From a virus (Duplodnaviria > Caudoviricetes), in the IMG/VR virus record IMGVR_UViG_3300043077_000173, positions 46,259-110,258 of that record: a stretch of DNA of 64,000 nt, one strand, 5' to 3'. The position numbers and the translations under genes are program-made. The notes under the pieces were generated by a model. The model ran no database searches and was not told where the DNA came from. It worked only from the letters and a program-made list of their open reading frames with translations. Below are positions 52,270 through 61,669 of the stretch, one piece after another (within the stretch, counting starts at the first letter, position 1; the number at the start of each line of letters is the position of its first letter).

Positions 52270-52560
52270 ATGATTATCAACTTTTTATTAGATGTTTTAA
52301 CGATTTATTTGATCACGGTTTTTGTAAACATTGTTATGATTGGAGCTTTATCCTTTAGTAAAAGCTTTGTAAACGAGCTTAATAGAGCGGCTGATAGATT
52401 CTTTAAAGATTTCGAAGGCTATGATAACCGTGTTATTAGATGGATGGATAAGCACAGAACAGGTGTTATGATCTGGTGTTTGTTTGTAAGTTGTTTAGAA
52501 TCGGTGTTTTTCCTAAAAGATTTGCTTGTATGGATTGAAGAAAATAATAAGAAAAAATAA
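52270..52560 (+). CDS. small membrane protein
   Basis: Two hydrophobic segments; promoter TTGACA-17-TATAAG at 52194-52222. Confidence 0.55.
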   Translation: MIINFLLDVLTIYLITVFVNIVMIGALSFSKSFVNELNRAADRFFKDFEGYDNRVIRWMDKHRTGVMIWCLFVSCLESVFFLKDLLVWIEENNKKK

Positions 52561-52595
52561 TTGACAAAATGGTTTTTAAAGTGTATAAAGAAAAT

Positions 52596-52700
52596 ATCTT
52601 ATGAATAATGAGTTCTGTATTTGTTTCATGAGATTTTAAATATTCATATTTCGTGTTTGACTCCTGGAAGTGGTTCTTTTAAAAAGAGCCACTTTTTATT
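52596..52700 (+). ncRNA. candidate small RNA of about 100 nt
   Basis: TTGACA-17-TATAAA (52561-52589), no convincing ORF, terminator aagtggttcttt-t-aaaaagagccacttttt. Confidence 0.45.
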
Positions 52701-52756
52701 TGATTATTTGAAAATACTGTGATATAGTGAGTTTAAACTATTAGGAGTTAAAAGAT

Positions 52757-53398
52757 ATGGTAAACATTATTGAACCAAGTGCTAAAATCATTACAGATAT
52801 TGATGCTACAAAGATTAAGAAAAACATTGAAAGAGCTGCCAGATGTTGTTATAAAAGCGAAGATAAAATCTCTGAAGGCACTGAAAGTGCTGACAAGATT
52901 ATTAAAATGCTTTTGACAAAACATCATGAAGCTATGATAGAGTTTTCTGGAGATATTGATGTTGAAATCACTGTAGATATTGGTGCTCAAAGAGATTTTT
53001 CTCGTCATCGTCATATTTCAATGGCTTGCGAAAGCACAAGATACTGTTGCTACAATAAAGACAAATTTGGGGGTGAATTAAAAGTAATTAAGCCTTGTAA
53101 TATCGACGAAAATTCCGGATTATACCATACTTGGTTGAAGTCTATGGAGATGATAGAGAAAGAATATATGCTTATGGCAGAGTTAGGTGCTAAACCAGAT
53201 CAGATGCGTTTAATTCTGCCTTTAAGCACAGCTTGTACATTCCATATGTCTTGCAATATTCGTGAATGGCGACACATTTTAAGCCTGCGAACATCAACTG
53301 CCGCCCATCCTTCTGTTCAAAAGGTTGCTAATAGCATTTATGATCAATTTTGTGAACAAGGATTGGGACTATTCTTTGAAGATATTAAGGAACAATAA
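52757..53398 (+). CDS. thyX: flavin-dependent thymidylate synthase
   Basis: ARCCY, HEAMIE, RHRHISMACESTRY, NIREWRHILSLR..AAHP. Confidence 0.9.
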   Translation: MVNIIEPSAKIITDIDATKIKKNIERAARCCYKSEDKISEGTESADKIIKMLLTKHHEAMIEFSGDIDVEITVDIGAQRDFSRHRHISMACESTRYCCYNKDKFGGELKVIKPCNIDENSGLYHTWLKSMEMIEKEYMLMAELGAKPDQMRLILPLSTACTFHMSCNIREWRHILSLRTSTAAHPSVQKVANSIYDQFCEQGLGLFFEDIKEQ

Positions 53399-54732
53399 TG
53401 AAATTTGAGGATTATTTTAAGCTAAAAGAGGCTACAATTATTGTTAGCAATGGGTGCAACTTGAACTGCACCTATTGTTTCGAACATGATAAGACTAATG
53501 AAAAGCTATCAGGAGATGATATGAAAACAATTTTGGATAAATGCTATGAATCATATTCAAAGATTGATGATAAAAACAAAATACCATTGATAATAAATTT
53601 TTTTGGTGGTGAGCCGTTTTTAAACTTTGAAGTAATTGAGTATGCCTTAAAATACGCCAGAGATCAAAAGTATAATATGGAATTTGGGGTAACAACGAAC
53701 TTAACTATTCTCACGGATCATATGATTGATGTTATTGAAGAATATGAGTTAGGGTTGCTCATATCAATAGATGGGACAAAAGAAATACATGATCGAAACC
53801 GTTGTAAATCATTTGATACGGTTCAAAAGAATATAAAACGATTGATGGAAAAGCATTTAGGATACCTTTTAGAAGCAAGGATTACTTTAATGCCTCAAGA
53901 TGTTACATCGTTGCTAGATTCTATAAAAACCGTTGTAGATATGGGTATAGTAAATGTTGCTCCAGTTCCTGTTACTGATACCATATGGAACGATCAAGAC
54001 ATTATTAATCTGAAAGATAATTTGTCAATCGTTTGGCAATGGTTGTTTGATATGTATAACGATAATGATAATAAGAAAAACATTAGCATAAAGTTCATAG
54101 AAGATTATATGGAAAAGGTTTTAACCATGCAGTCTTTTGAAGATCAAACGAAAGTATGTTCAGCAGGTTCTAATCAAACGTGTTCTATTGGTGTAAATGG
54201 TGAAATAATGCCTTGTCATCAACGGCATACTGTAAATGTTGGTAAAGATAATTTAGTAATGGGTAATATTTTAGAAGATACTGATATAAAGCCTGTAGCG
54301 TTTAATAATATGACAAGAAACAGTGAGTTGGATTGTTCAACGTGTATTGCTAAAAACATTTGTAGAGGCGGTTGTCCTTCTGAAAACTTTACCTTAAACG
54401 GTAATGGTAATCAAATGAATAAAAACCAGTGTAGAATATATCAAGCAATGTGTGAAGTAGCCATCAATTTTCAAAATGATTTACTTAAATGCTCTAATAT
54501 AAGATCTCATAGGTTAAACGTTTTAGCAGAAAATCTAAAGCTTCTGGAAATATTTAAAAATGATGTTTTAGGAGAGAGTAAAACATCGAAAGAATATTTA
54601 ATAAAGCTTCATAAATTTTACGAAACGTTAATGTCAAAAGAAGGAATTTTATTACCAATGTTTGAAGAAGCTATAAATGTTCAGGTACAAAAATTGATAA
54701 ATACGTTCAGTTCTTATAAAAAGGAAAACTAA
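53398..54732 (+). CDS. radical SAM/SPASM-domain peptide/protein maturase
   Basis: CNLNCTYC, FFGGEP, TTN, ISIDG; SPASM CSAG...GEIMPC...CSTCIAKNICRGGCPSEN...C. Confidence 0.9.
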   Translation: MKFEDYFKLKEATIIVSNGCNLNCTYCFEHDKTNEKLSGDDMKTILDKCYESYSKIDDKNKIPLIINFFGGEPFLNFEVIEYALKYARDQKYNMEFGVTTNLTILTDHMIDVIEEYELGLLISIDGTKEIHDRNRCKSFDTVQKNIKRLMEKHLGYLLEARITLMPQDVTSLLDSIKTVVDMGIVNVAPVPVTDTIWNDQDIINLKDNLSIVWQWLFDMYNDNDNKKNISIKFIEDYMEKVLTMQSFEDQTKVCSAGSNQTCSIGVNGEIMPCHQRHTVNVGKDNLVMGNILEDTDIKPVAFNNMTRNSELDCSTCIAKNICRGGCPSENFTLNGNGNQMNKNQCRIYQAMCEVAINFQNDLLKCSNIRSHRLNVLAENLKLLEIFKNDVLGESKTSKEYLIKLHKFYETLMSKEGILLPMFEEAINVQVQKLINTFSSYKKEN

Positions 54733-55556
54733 TGGCTATTAAAATCGCTCGAAAGTTTTATGAAAGTCTTCGTTCACGCTTTGTATCATTGGCTCGTAAA
54801 TGGAATGGTATTAACAGTGTTATTCAAATGTATGGTAAAAGTCCAGCTTATGATGGTAGATGGGTTCCAGGACGTAAAGGTAGTAAGATTGCGACAGGTG
54901 ATCAAATTCCTGAATCTTCAAGAAAAACCATTACGAAAAATTATTCAAATACGACTAATGAGATAAACCCAACTATTGCTGAAGAAACATCTAGAATCCA
55001 TACTCTTGGTAATGAAAACTATATAAGAGATGCCGTTATATCATTGAATAATATGACTCATTCACAAATTGGTCAATATGAGGGTTTGACTAAACAATCT
55101 CTTTCAGAACGTGGTACAAAAACTTCTACAGATTTAGCCAGCTTAAAGCTTACTTCAAATAACACGGATTTACAAGAACTGTTTACTGCAGACAATGGTG
55201 TTAAAAAGTTTTCTCAATTATCAAATAATTCTTCTGATAAAAACGGTAACACAAGTCTTTTATCTAAACCGTATCAAACCTCTGCTATATTAGATAATAG
55301 TTCAAACATCTTAACATTTAATGTTGACTCAAATTATTCCTTAAAGAGTGATGAAACGGTTAAATATGAAGACTATGAAGAAATCAATGAAGTATTAGAT
55401 AGAATAAGTATTTGCTTAAATAGACGCAATAAATGGTTTGACTCAAATGGTAGATGTCAATTAACTTGTCAAGTTAATTGTCAACATACTTGCCAAATTT
55501 CGTGTCAGGGTTGCAATACTAAACAATGTCACCACCAACACTGTGGCTCTTTTTAA
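54732..55556 (+). CDS. protein with C-terminal Cys-rich (CQxx)n tail, putative radical SAM substrate
   Basis: Ends CQLTCQVNCQHTCQISCQGCNTKQCHHQHCGSF; TAATG overlap with the maturase. Confidence 0.75.
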   Translation: MAIKIARKFYESLRSRFVSLARKWNGINSVIQMYGKSPAYDGRWVPGRKGSKIATGDQIPESSRKTITKNYSNTTNEINPTIAEETSRIHTLGNENYIRDAVISLNNMTHSQIGQYEGLTKQSLSERGTKTSTDLASLKLTSNNTDLQELFTADNGVKKFSQLSNNSSDKNGNTSLLSKPYQTSAILDNSSNILTFNVDSNYSLKSDETVKYEDYEEINEVLDRISICLNRRNKWFDSNGRCQLTCQVNCQHTCQISCQGCNTKQCHHQHCGSF

Positions 55557-55673
55557 ATACCTGAACATATTGATTTATAATAATATTTTTCTTAAAATAT
55601 TTTAAAGTGAGACACTTGACAATGCCATATAAATATGTTATATAGAAGATATATTAACATATAGGCGATAAAA

Positions 55674-56834
55674 ATGGCAGAAGAAATTAGTAGAAATAAG
55701 ATAAAAGACGTTTATTTGTATTCAAATGACATACCAAAGGCATGTGAATACTTTAATATAACGGTTGAAAAGTTTAATGAATTGGTTAAGCAATATGGTA
55801 TTGATAAAGAATGCCAAGAAAAAATACAAAAAATAACTCCAGAAATCATTATTAATGAATATTACGAAAATAATACATCTTTACGGGATATTTGTAAAAA
55901 ATACCATACTCATTGGACAACGTTGAAAAAAATGATGGAAGATAATGATATAAAGGTTAAAGATTCAAAACATGATCTCATTCCTGATGAGGTATATCAA
56001 TATTATGTAGTTGAAAAGCATTCACAAGAAGAAACTTGTTCATATTTTAATGTTCCTTATTCATATTTTAGGAAATTCATTATTGAAAATAACATCAAAC
56101 GAACAAAAATTGCTAATAAAAGGAATTTATATAAAGGAACTTATGAAGATTTTTATCAATATTATGTAACCGAAAGCCATACATTAGACGATACAGCAAA
56201 ACATTTTAATATAGGCTATTATACCGCCCAAAATTATGCTATAAAAAATGATATGAAACGTTCTAAAGAGCAACGTTTAAATAATATGTATGAGTCAAAC
56301 CTTAAAACTATAGGTTCTAAAACAACATTTGGTACAGATACGTATAAAGAATGGTATACCGAACATAAAGAGGATATTAAGAAAAAAGTTGAACAAACGT
56401 GTTTAGAAAAATATGGTGCTAAAAGCTTTGTAGAATCTAAAGAAGCCAAAGATGTTTGGAAAATGGGAACATCTAAAACAGAAAACGAGATTTATGAAAA
56501 GCTTTTAAGTAAATATTCTGACGTAAAACGTTGGTATACGGATGAGCGATATCCATTTGAATGTGATTTTTATATACCATCAAAGGATTTATTCATTGAA
56601 TATCAAGGATTTTCAACACATGGTGAAGAACCATTTAATGAAAACTGTGAAAGTCATCTAAAATTATTGAAAAAAATGCTTGACAATCCGCACAAATACC
56701 AGCATGATACAGTATATATTTGGACGATTAGAGATCCTTTAAAACGAAAGACTGCTAAAGAGAATGGTTTAAATTATTTAGAATTCTTTAATGTTAAACA
56801 GTTTGATAAATGGTTTGAAAATGATGGAGAATAA
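55674..56834 (+). CDS. free-standing putative homing endonuclease, paralog 4 (HTH-like repeats)
   Basis: TCLEKYG; YPFECDFYIPSKDLFIEYQG; WTIRDPLKRKTAKENGLNYLEFF; promoter TTGACA at 55616. Confidence 0.7.
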   Translation: MAEEISRNKIKDVYLYSNDIPKACEYFNITVEKFNELVKQYGIDKECQEKIQKITPEIIINEYYENNTSLRDICKKYHTHWTTLKKMMEDNDIKVKDSKHDLIPDEVYQYYVVEKHSQEETCSYFNVPYSYFRKFIIENNIKRTKIANKRNLYKGTYEDFYQYYVTESHTLDDTAKHFNIGYYTAQNYAIKNDMKRSKEQRLNNMYESNLKTIGSKTTFGTDTYKEWYTEHKEDIKKKVEQTCLEKYGAKSFVESKEAKDVWKMGTSKTENEIYEKLLSKYSDVKRWYTDERYPFECDFYIPSKDLFIEYQGFSTHGEEPFNENCESHLKLLKKMLDNPHKYQHDTVYIWTIRDPLKRKTAKENGLNYLEFFNVKQFDKWFENDGE

Positions 56835-56835
56835 G

Positions 56836-57657
56836 ATGAGAGAAGATAAACAAGAGATTTTAGATTTTATCAAAAGCCTTAGAGGCAATTATGTGGAAGA
56901 TTTTGTTACTCCGTCTGGGGCAGATATTGATGTTTATTATCCTTCGAGAAAGATGGGTATTAGATTATCTGGCTATTTCTGGAAACCGAATGATAATCCG
57001 AAGCAAATGATGACAAAAGGGATTAAAGATGGGATTAGAATTGTTCATATATACGATTACGAGTGGAATAATTGTAAAGAAAACTTTAAAGAGTTTTTAA
57101 AAAACTTTATTAACAGTCGTGGTAAACGTATGATTAGAAGCACTGAGGTTAAAGAGATTGGTGCTGAAGAATTTGCTGACTTTTTAAAGGAAAATCATTT
57201 ATTTGTAGATACCATTAAAGGATGTACAGTAATGTATGGTATTTACGAAAATGATTTATTGGTAAGTGTTGCTGGATTTAATAAAAGGAATAGCAAATTA
57301 TATGATTGGGAATGGAAACGTTTTAGTATCAGATATGGATGGATGTCAGAACACAATTTAGCCAAATATTTTTTGAAAGAGTTTGAGAAAAATCATACAG
57401 GTGTATTGGTTGACTATCAACAATGTGATAGATTCCCTTTTACAACCGATGAAGAAATGGGCTTTGTTAAAAAAGGTTCAAATGCAGGTGTTGTTTCTAT
57501 AAACGTTAATACAGGAATCTTTACCCGTCATGGTTTTATCCCTGAAAAGCCTTTAACTAAAGAAGAAACAATGAAAAAGTATGGCTTTGATGTTGAGGTT
57601 AAAACTTGTGGCACGGTTACATGGCTTAAAGTATTGGAAAATAATATTGACAAATAG
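56836..57657 (+). CDS. Hef-like endonuclease homologue with degenerate active site
   Basis: DIDVYYP..KMGIRLSGYFW, GIRIVHIYDYEW, FLKENH, YGIY...LVSV..F, WEWKRF. Confidence 0.55.
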   Translation: MREDKQEILDFIKSLRGNYVEDFVTPSGADIDVYYPSRKMGIRLSGYFWKPNDNPKQMMTKGIKDGIRIVHIYDYEWNNCKENFKEFLKNFINSRGKRMIRSTEVKEIGAEEFADFLKENHLFVDTIKGCTVMYGIYENDLLVSVAGFNKRNSKLYDWEWKRFSIRYGWMSEHNLAKYFLKEFEKNHTGVLVDYQQCDRFPFTTDEEMGFVKKGSNAGVVSINVNTGIFTRHGFIPEKPLTKEETMKKYGFDVEVKTCGTVTWLKVLENNIDK

Positions 57658-57696
57658 ATATTTTAAGTAGATACTATAATGACAAAATGATTTAAG

Positions 57697-58182
57697 GTGA
57701 AAAATATGGCAAAATATAAATTTAATCTTTCAAAAATCGTTAAGCTGTCAGATACTTGTTTAATGCCTGATGAATCAGAGTTGGTATATACTTCGACTTA
57801 TAGTATTGATAAAACTCTACCTCTTATAGCATTTTTGAGTATTTCTGAAAACGATTTTGAAGTAGATGATGTAACTAAAGACTTTATTGTAAAGTTTTCT
57901 GAATGGGTTAAAGAACATTCTACCGTTAAAGCATCTGACAAAAATGATGGTACAGTAGAATATGAGTGGAAAATGTCTGAAGAACAAATTTTTGTAGTAT
58001 CTTGTTTATTAAATATTGCAAATATGCTTTGTATGAAATGCAAACTTAAAGAACAGGTTTTCCAAAAGCATATTGATGCTTCTAAGTATGAATATTTCGC
58101 TTCAAATATTTTAGGTAAAAAGCTTTGTAATGCTAGACTTTCAACCTTTATTAAGAAAGGTTTAATTGAAGAAATCCACTAA
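57697..58182 (+). CDS. hypothetical protein
   Basis: ORF with its own TTGACA promoter (57647); true start probably the ATG at 57706. Confidence 0.5.
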   Translation: MKNMAKYKFNLSKIVKLSDTCLMPDESELVYTSTYSIDKTLPLIAFLSISENDFEVDDVTKDFIVKFSEWVKEHSTVKASDKNDGTVEYEWKMSEEQIFVVSCLLNIANMLCMKCKLKEQVFQKHIDASKYEYFASNILGKKLCNARLSTFIKKGLIEEIH

Positions 58183-58189
58183 TAATTGA

Positions 58190-58217
58190 GCAACCCTGAT
58201 CGTAAAATCAGGGTTGA
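58190..58217. terminator. bidirectional terminator-like hairpin
   Basis: caaccctgat-cgtaaa-atcagggttg between convergent genes. Confidence 0.65.
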
Positions 58218-58222
58218 ATTAT

Positions 58223-59002
58223 TTAACCAGCAAATGGCATACAAGGAACATCGCCACCAGCTACAAAGTTGTTTAATTCCTTCGTTAATTCTTCTTTAAG
58301 AGCTTTTGATTCATTCTTTAACGCTTCACCATCCTGAGATACCTGACCTAAAGGACCAGCAAGATTACTAAACCGACTTCTAATACGTCCTAATAATTCC
58401 ATTGCTTCAGCAAATGCCCAGTTTTCTATCCATAATCCTGCAAATCTATCTTGAATAACCTCATAATCAGGCTTATCTACATAAGAATGAAGTAAAACAA
58501 TTTCATCTTCGCCACGAGGATTTTCAGCAAATATTAGCTTGTGAGTATTTGGATTAAACTGATATAAAGGATATGCTCCTAACATTTTACCATAGGTTTT
58601 CATATAGTTTGAGTAAAGTTCTATATTAACAGGTGAGCAAAATTGTGATCTGCCATCGGTTGTACCAAGCATATAAACGTTAGTCATTGAAGCAACTGTA
58701 AACGGGTCAATATTTGTTCCGGATGTTGAACCAAATGTTCTTGTATATCCTCTACGGTAAATCTGTTGTATTTCAATGATTTCATCTGGGAGGATATATT
58801 CTTTTTGATTCTTTTTAAGAGTTAATAAAACAAATGATTCTTCGACATAAGCATCTCCACGTTGCTTTAATTTTCTTAAAGCCAAATTGATACAAGTATC
58901 TAACTGTTGATCAGATAATTCAACATCAATCATTGTATCACCAAGTCTTCTCAAGATATTTGCTTTTAGCTTTTCTTTAACTGTAAAATCATTTGTTTCC
59001 AT
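58223..59002 (-). CDS. neck protein (gp13-like)
   Basis: LK..ILRRLG..MIDVEL..QQL..CI..AL; W...A.A...LGRIRSRF..LAGP.G; late motif 59029-59036. Confidence 0.8.
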   Translation of the reverse strand: METNDFTVKEKLKANILRRLGDTMIDVELSDQQLDTCINLALRKLKQRGDAYVEESFVLLTLKKNQKEYILPDEIIEIQQIYRRGYTRTFGSTSGTNIDPFTVASMTNVYMLGTTDGRSQFCSPVNIELYSNYMKTYGKMLGAYPLYQFNPNTHKLIFAENPRGEDEIVLLHSYVDKPDYEVIQDRFAGLWIENWAFAEAMELLGRIRSRFSNLAGPLGQVSQDGEALKNESKALKEELTKELNNFVAGGDVPCMPFAG

Positions 59003-59090
59003 TGTTTACTCCGAAAATATCTATGAAATATTTATTGAAAAACAAGGTATTTAATGATATACTGCCAACAGTTTAATAAAGGATTTATAA

Positions 59091-59501
59091 ATGATAACAT
59101 CGGCTGGAGCATTGATTAAAGCAGAAGATACTGGAAGATTCTTTTTTGTTTTAAGGAGTTCATTAACATCTTATCCGTCAAAGTGGAGCTTGTGTGGTGG
59201 AAAAATACATTCAGATGAGCATGTATTAGATGGTTTAACAAGAGAATTATCAGAAGAATTAGGCTTTGTACCAGAAATTACAAAATGGGCAGCTTTTAAC
59301 TCGTTTTTATCAAATGATGAAAAATTTAGTTATTATTCACTAATTCTCTTGACACCTAAAGAATTTATGCCTATACTCAACCATGAGAATGACGGTTATG
59401 CTTGGGTAAACATTGACAATCCACCATTTCCTTTACATCCTCGTTTAAGGGAAGTTATAACAAGAAAAATCATTAAAGAAAGTTTAAAAAATTTTTGCTA
59501 G
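59091..59501 (+). CDS. NUDIX hydrolase
   Basis: WSLCGGKIHSDE....GLTRELSEELG Nudix box. Confidence 0.85.
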   Translation: MITSAGALIKAEDTGRFFFVLRSSLTSYPSKWSLCGGKIHSDEHVLDGLTRELSEELGFVPEITKWAAFNSFLSNDEKFSYYSLILLTPKEFMPILNHENDGYAWVNIDNPPFPLHPRLREVITRKIIKESLKNFC

Positions 59502-59627
59502 AAATATCAAATATTTATGAAAAAATGATGTAAAATCAAGTATTTAGAAGGCATTTAAAATCATAATCTAAAATATAAATATTTCTACCACAGATGAAAC
59601 ATGGAATAAAAGTATAGAGGTACAAGT

Positions 59628-60905
59628 ATGAAAGTTATTAAGAAAAATGGTTCAGAAGCAACGTTTTATAAAAGTAATATTATTAATGCTATATCGAATG
59701 CTAATATGAAAGTTGGTTTAGATAAACGGTTTACCAACGAAGAAATTAAAAAGATTGCTTCAGATATTGAAACAGTTGTTAAGGAAGGAAAACATACTAT
59801 TTCAACTGCTGATATTCAAGATATGGTTGAACGAGCTATTTCCGTAAATTATGATGTACTTAAAGAATATATTCAATATCGTTATGCTAAAGAATTGCAA
59901 GCTCGTCAAAATACAACCGATGATTCTATTCTTTCTCTTTTAAGTAATGCTAATGAAACATTACGCCAAGAAAATTCGAATAAAAATGTAACCATTGTAT
60001 CAACTATGCGAGATTATATGGCTGGTGAAGTTTCTAAAGACTTATCCAAACGTTATTTAATTCCATCAGATATTTGGGATGCCCATGAAAAAGGTATTAT
60101 TCATTTTCACGATACAGACTATTTTAGTATGCCAATTCATAACTGTGATTTATGGAATCTTGAAGATATGCTTCAAAATGGTACAATGATTTCAGGAGTA
60201 AAGATTGATAAACCAAAATCTTTTAGTACCGCTTGTAATATAGCAACCCAAATTGTGGCTCAGGTAGCAAGTAGCCAATATGGTGGACAGACATTTACAC
60301 TGACACATTTAGCTCCATTTGTTGATGTTTCACGTAAAAAATTTACTAAACAAATTAAGGAAGAATTTCCAGATATTTCTGAAGAAGAATTAAAAAGAGT
60401 CGTTGAATTACGAGTTAAACGTGAAATTGAAGTTGGCGTTCAAACTATGAATTATCAATTAATTACATTACAGACAACAAATGGGCAAACACCATTTGTT
60501 ACAGTGTTTATGTATTTAAATGAAACAGATGATGAACAAACAAAGGCAGATTTAGCTTTAATCATTGAAGAAGTATTAAACCAACGAATTCTCGGCGTAA
60601 AAAATTCTAAGGGTCAATATGTAGCCCCAGCATTTCCTAAACTAATTTATGCTTTAGAAGAAGATAATATTACAGAAGATTCAAAATATTGGTATTTAAC
60701 CGAGCTTGCTGCTAAATGTTCAGCTAAACGTCTTGTACCTGATTATATTTCAGAAAAGAAAATGAAAGAGCTTAAAAAGGATAAGAAAGGCAACGGTTAC
60801 TGTTATCCAGCGATGGGGTGCAGGAGCTTCCTCACCGTTTATACCACAAAAAATGCAATTGTTCGTCCATATGAAGAATTTAATCTCGATGATGAGGAAA
60901 TTTAA
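59628..60905 (+). CDS. nrdD: anaerobic ribonucleotide reductase, N-terminal part (ATP cone to finger-loop Cys)
   Basis: ATP cone, ENSNKN, GIIHFHD, NC, SSQYGGQ, FPKLIY, MGCRSFL. Confidence 0.92.
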   Translation: MKVIKKNGSEATFYKSNIINAISNANMKVGLDKRFTNEEIKKIASDIETVVKEGKHTISTADIQDMVERAISVNYDVLKEYIQYRYAKELQARQNTTDDSILSLLSNANETLRQENSNKNVTIVSTMRDYMAGEVSKDLSKRYLIPSDIWDAHEKGIIHFHDTDYFSMPIHNCDLWNLEDMLQNGTMISGVKIDKPKSFSTACNIATQIVAQVASSQYGGQTFTLTHLAPFVDVSRKKFTKQIKEEFPDISEEELKRVVELRVKREIEVGVQTMNYQLITLQTTNGQTPFVTVFMYLNETDDEQTKADLALIIEEVLNQRILGVKNSKGQYVAPAFPKLIYALEEDNITEDSKYWYLTELAAKCSAKRLVPDYISEKKMKELKKDKKGNGYCYPAMGCRSFLTVYTTKNAIVRPYEEFNLDDEEI

Positions 60906-61669
60906 TGTACAAAATATATAAAATTACCAATACCATTAATGGTAAAATATATGTTGGACAAACAATGAGATCGTTGAATGAACGATTACATCGTCATATA
61001 GAGGATAGTAAAAAAAGACTTCATACAAAATTTGCGAATGCTATAAAAAAATATGGTAAAGAAGCATTCATTATTGAACAAATTGATACAGCTGAAACAA
61101 AAGAGGATGCAAACTGTAAAGAAATATTTTGGATTAAAGAACTTAAAGCAACTGATCGTTATATTGGGTATAATACTACTGATGGTGGTGATGGTGGAAA
61201 TACCTATTTATATAAGACAAACCGTGAAATGTTATCTATTAAACACAAGATTTCAAAAGGTTTAGCAAGTAAAAATAATGGTAAGCACCGTTCCATTTAT
61301 GTTAAAAATATTATAACTGGTGATGTAAAAGAGTATGGAGCTATTGAAGATTTTTGTAGAATAATATATTTACCCCATAAAATTGTTTGTTCTAGCTTAC
61401 ATAAAGCAAATTTTTATGGAATACAAACAGTTATTAATGGGAAATATATTGTAAGCGATACCAAAGAATTTTCAAGATATACCTTTTATAAAACACGATG
61501 TGGTGAAACTCCATTTAAAGTAACGAATTTGTTGACAAATGAAGTATTTTATGGAATATGTAAACGAGAATGTGCCGAACACTTTAATTTAGCTGATAAA
61601 AGATGTTTGGAGAGAAAAACTTTTTTAGTAGAACCTATGAGAAACGAGGATAAAAAGGAAGTAAAATGA
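60905..61669 (+). CDS. GIY-YIG homing endonuclease lying between the nrdD halves
   Basis: KIYKITN.INGKIYVGQT...R..H, E.FWI, GYN...GG. Confidence 0.88.
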   Translation: MYKIYKITNTINGKIYVGQTMRSLNERLHRHIEDSKKRLHTKFANAIKKYGKEAFIIEQIDTAETKEDANCKEIFWIKELKATDRYIGYNTTDGGDGGNTYLYKTNREMLSIKHKISKGLASKNNGKHRSIYVKNIITGDVKEYGAIEDFCRIIYLPHKIVCSSLHKANFYGIQTVINGKYIVSDTKEFSRYTFYKTRCGETPFKVTNLLTNEVFYGICKRECAEHFNLADKRCLERKTFLVEPMRNEDKKEVK

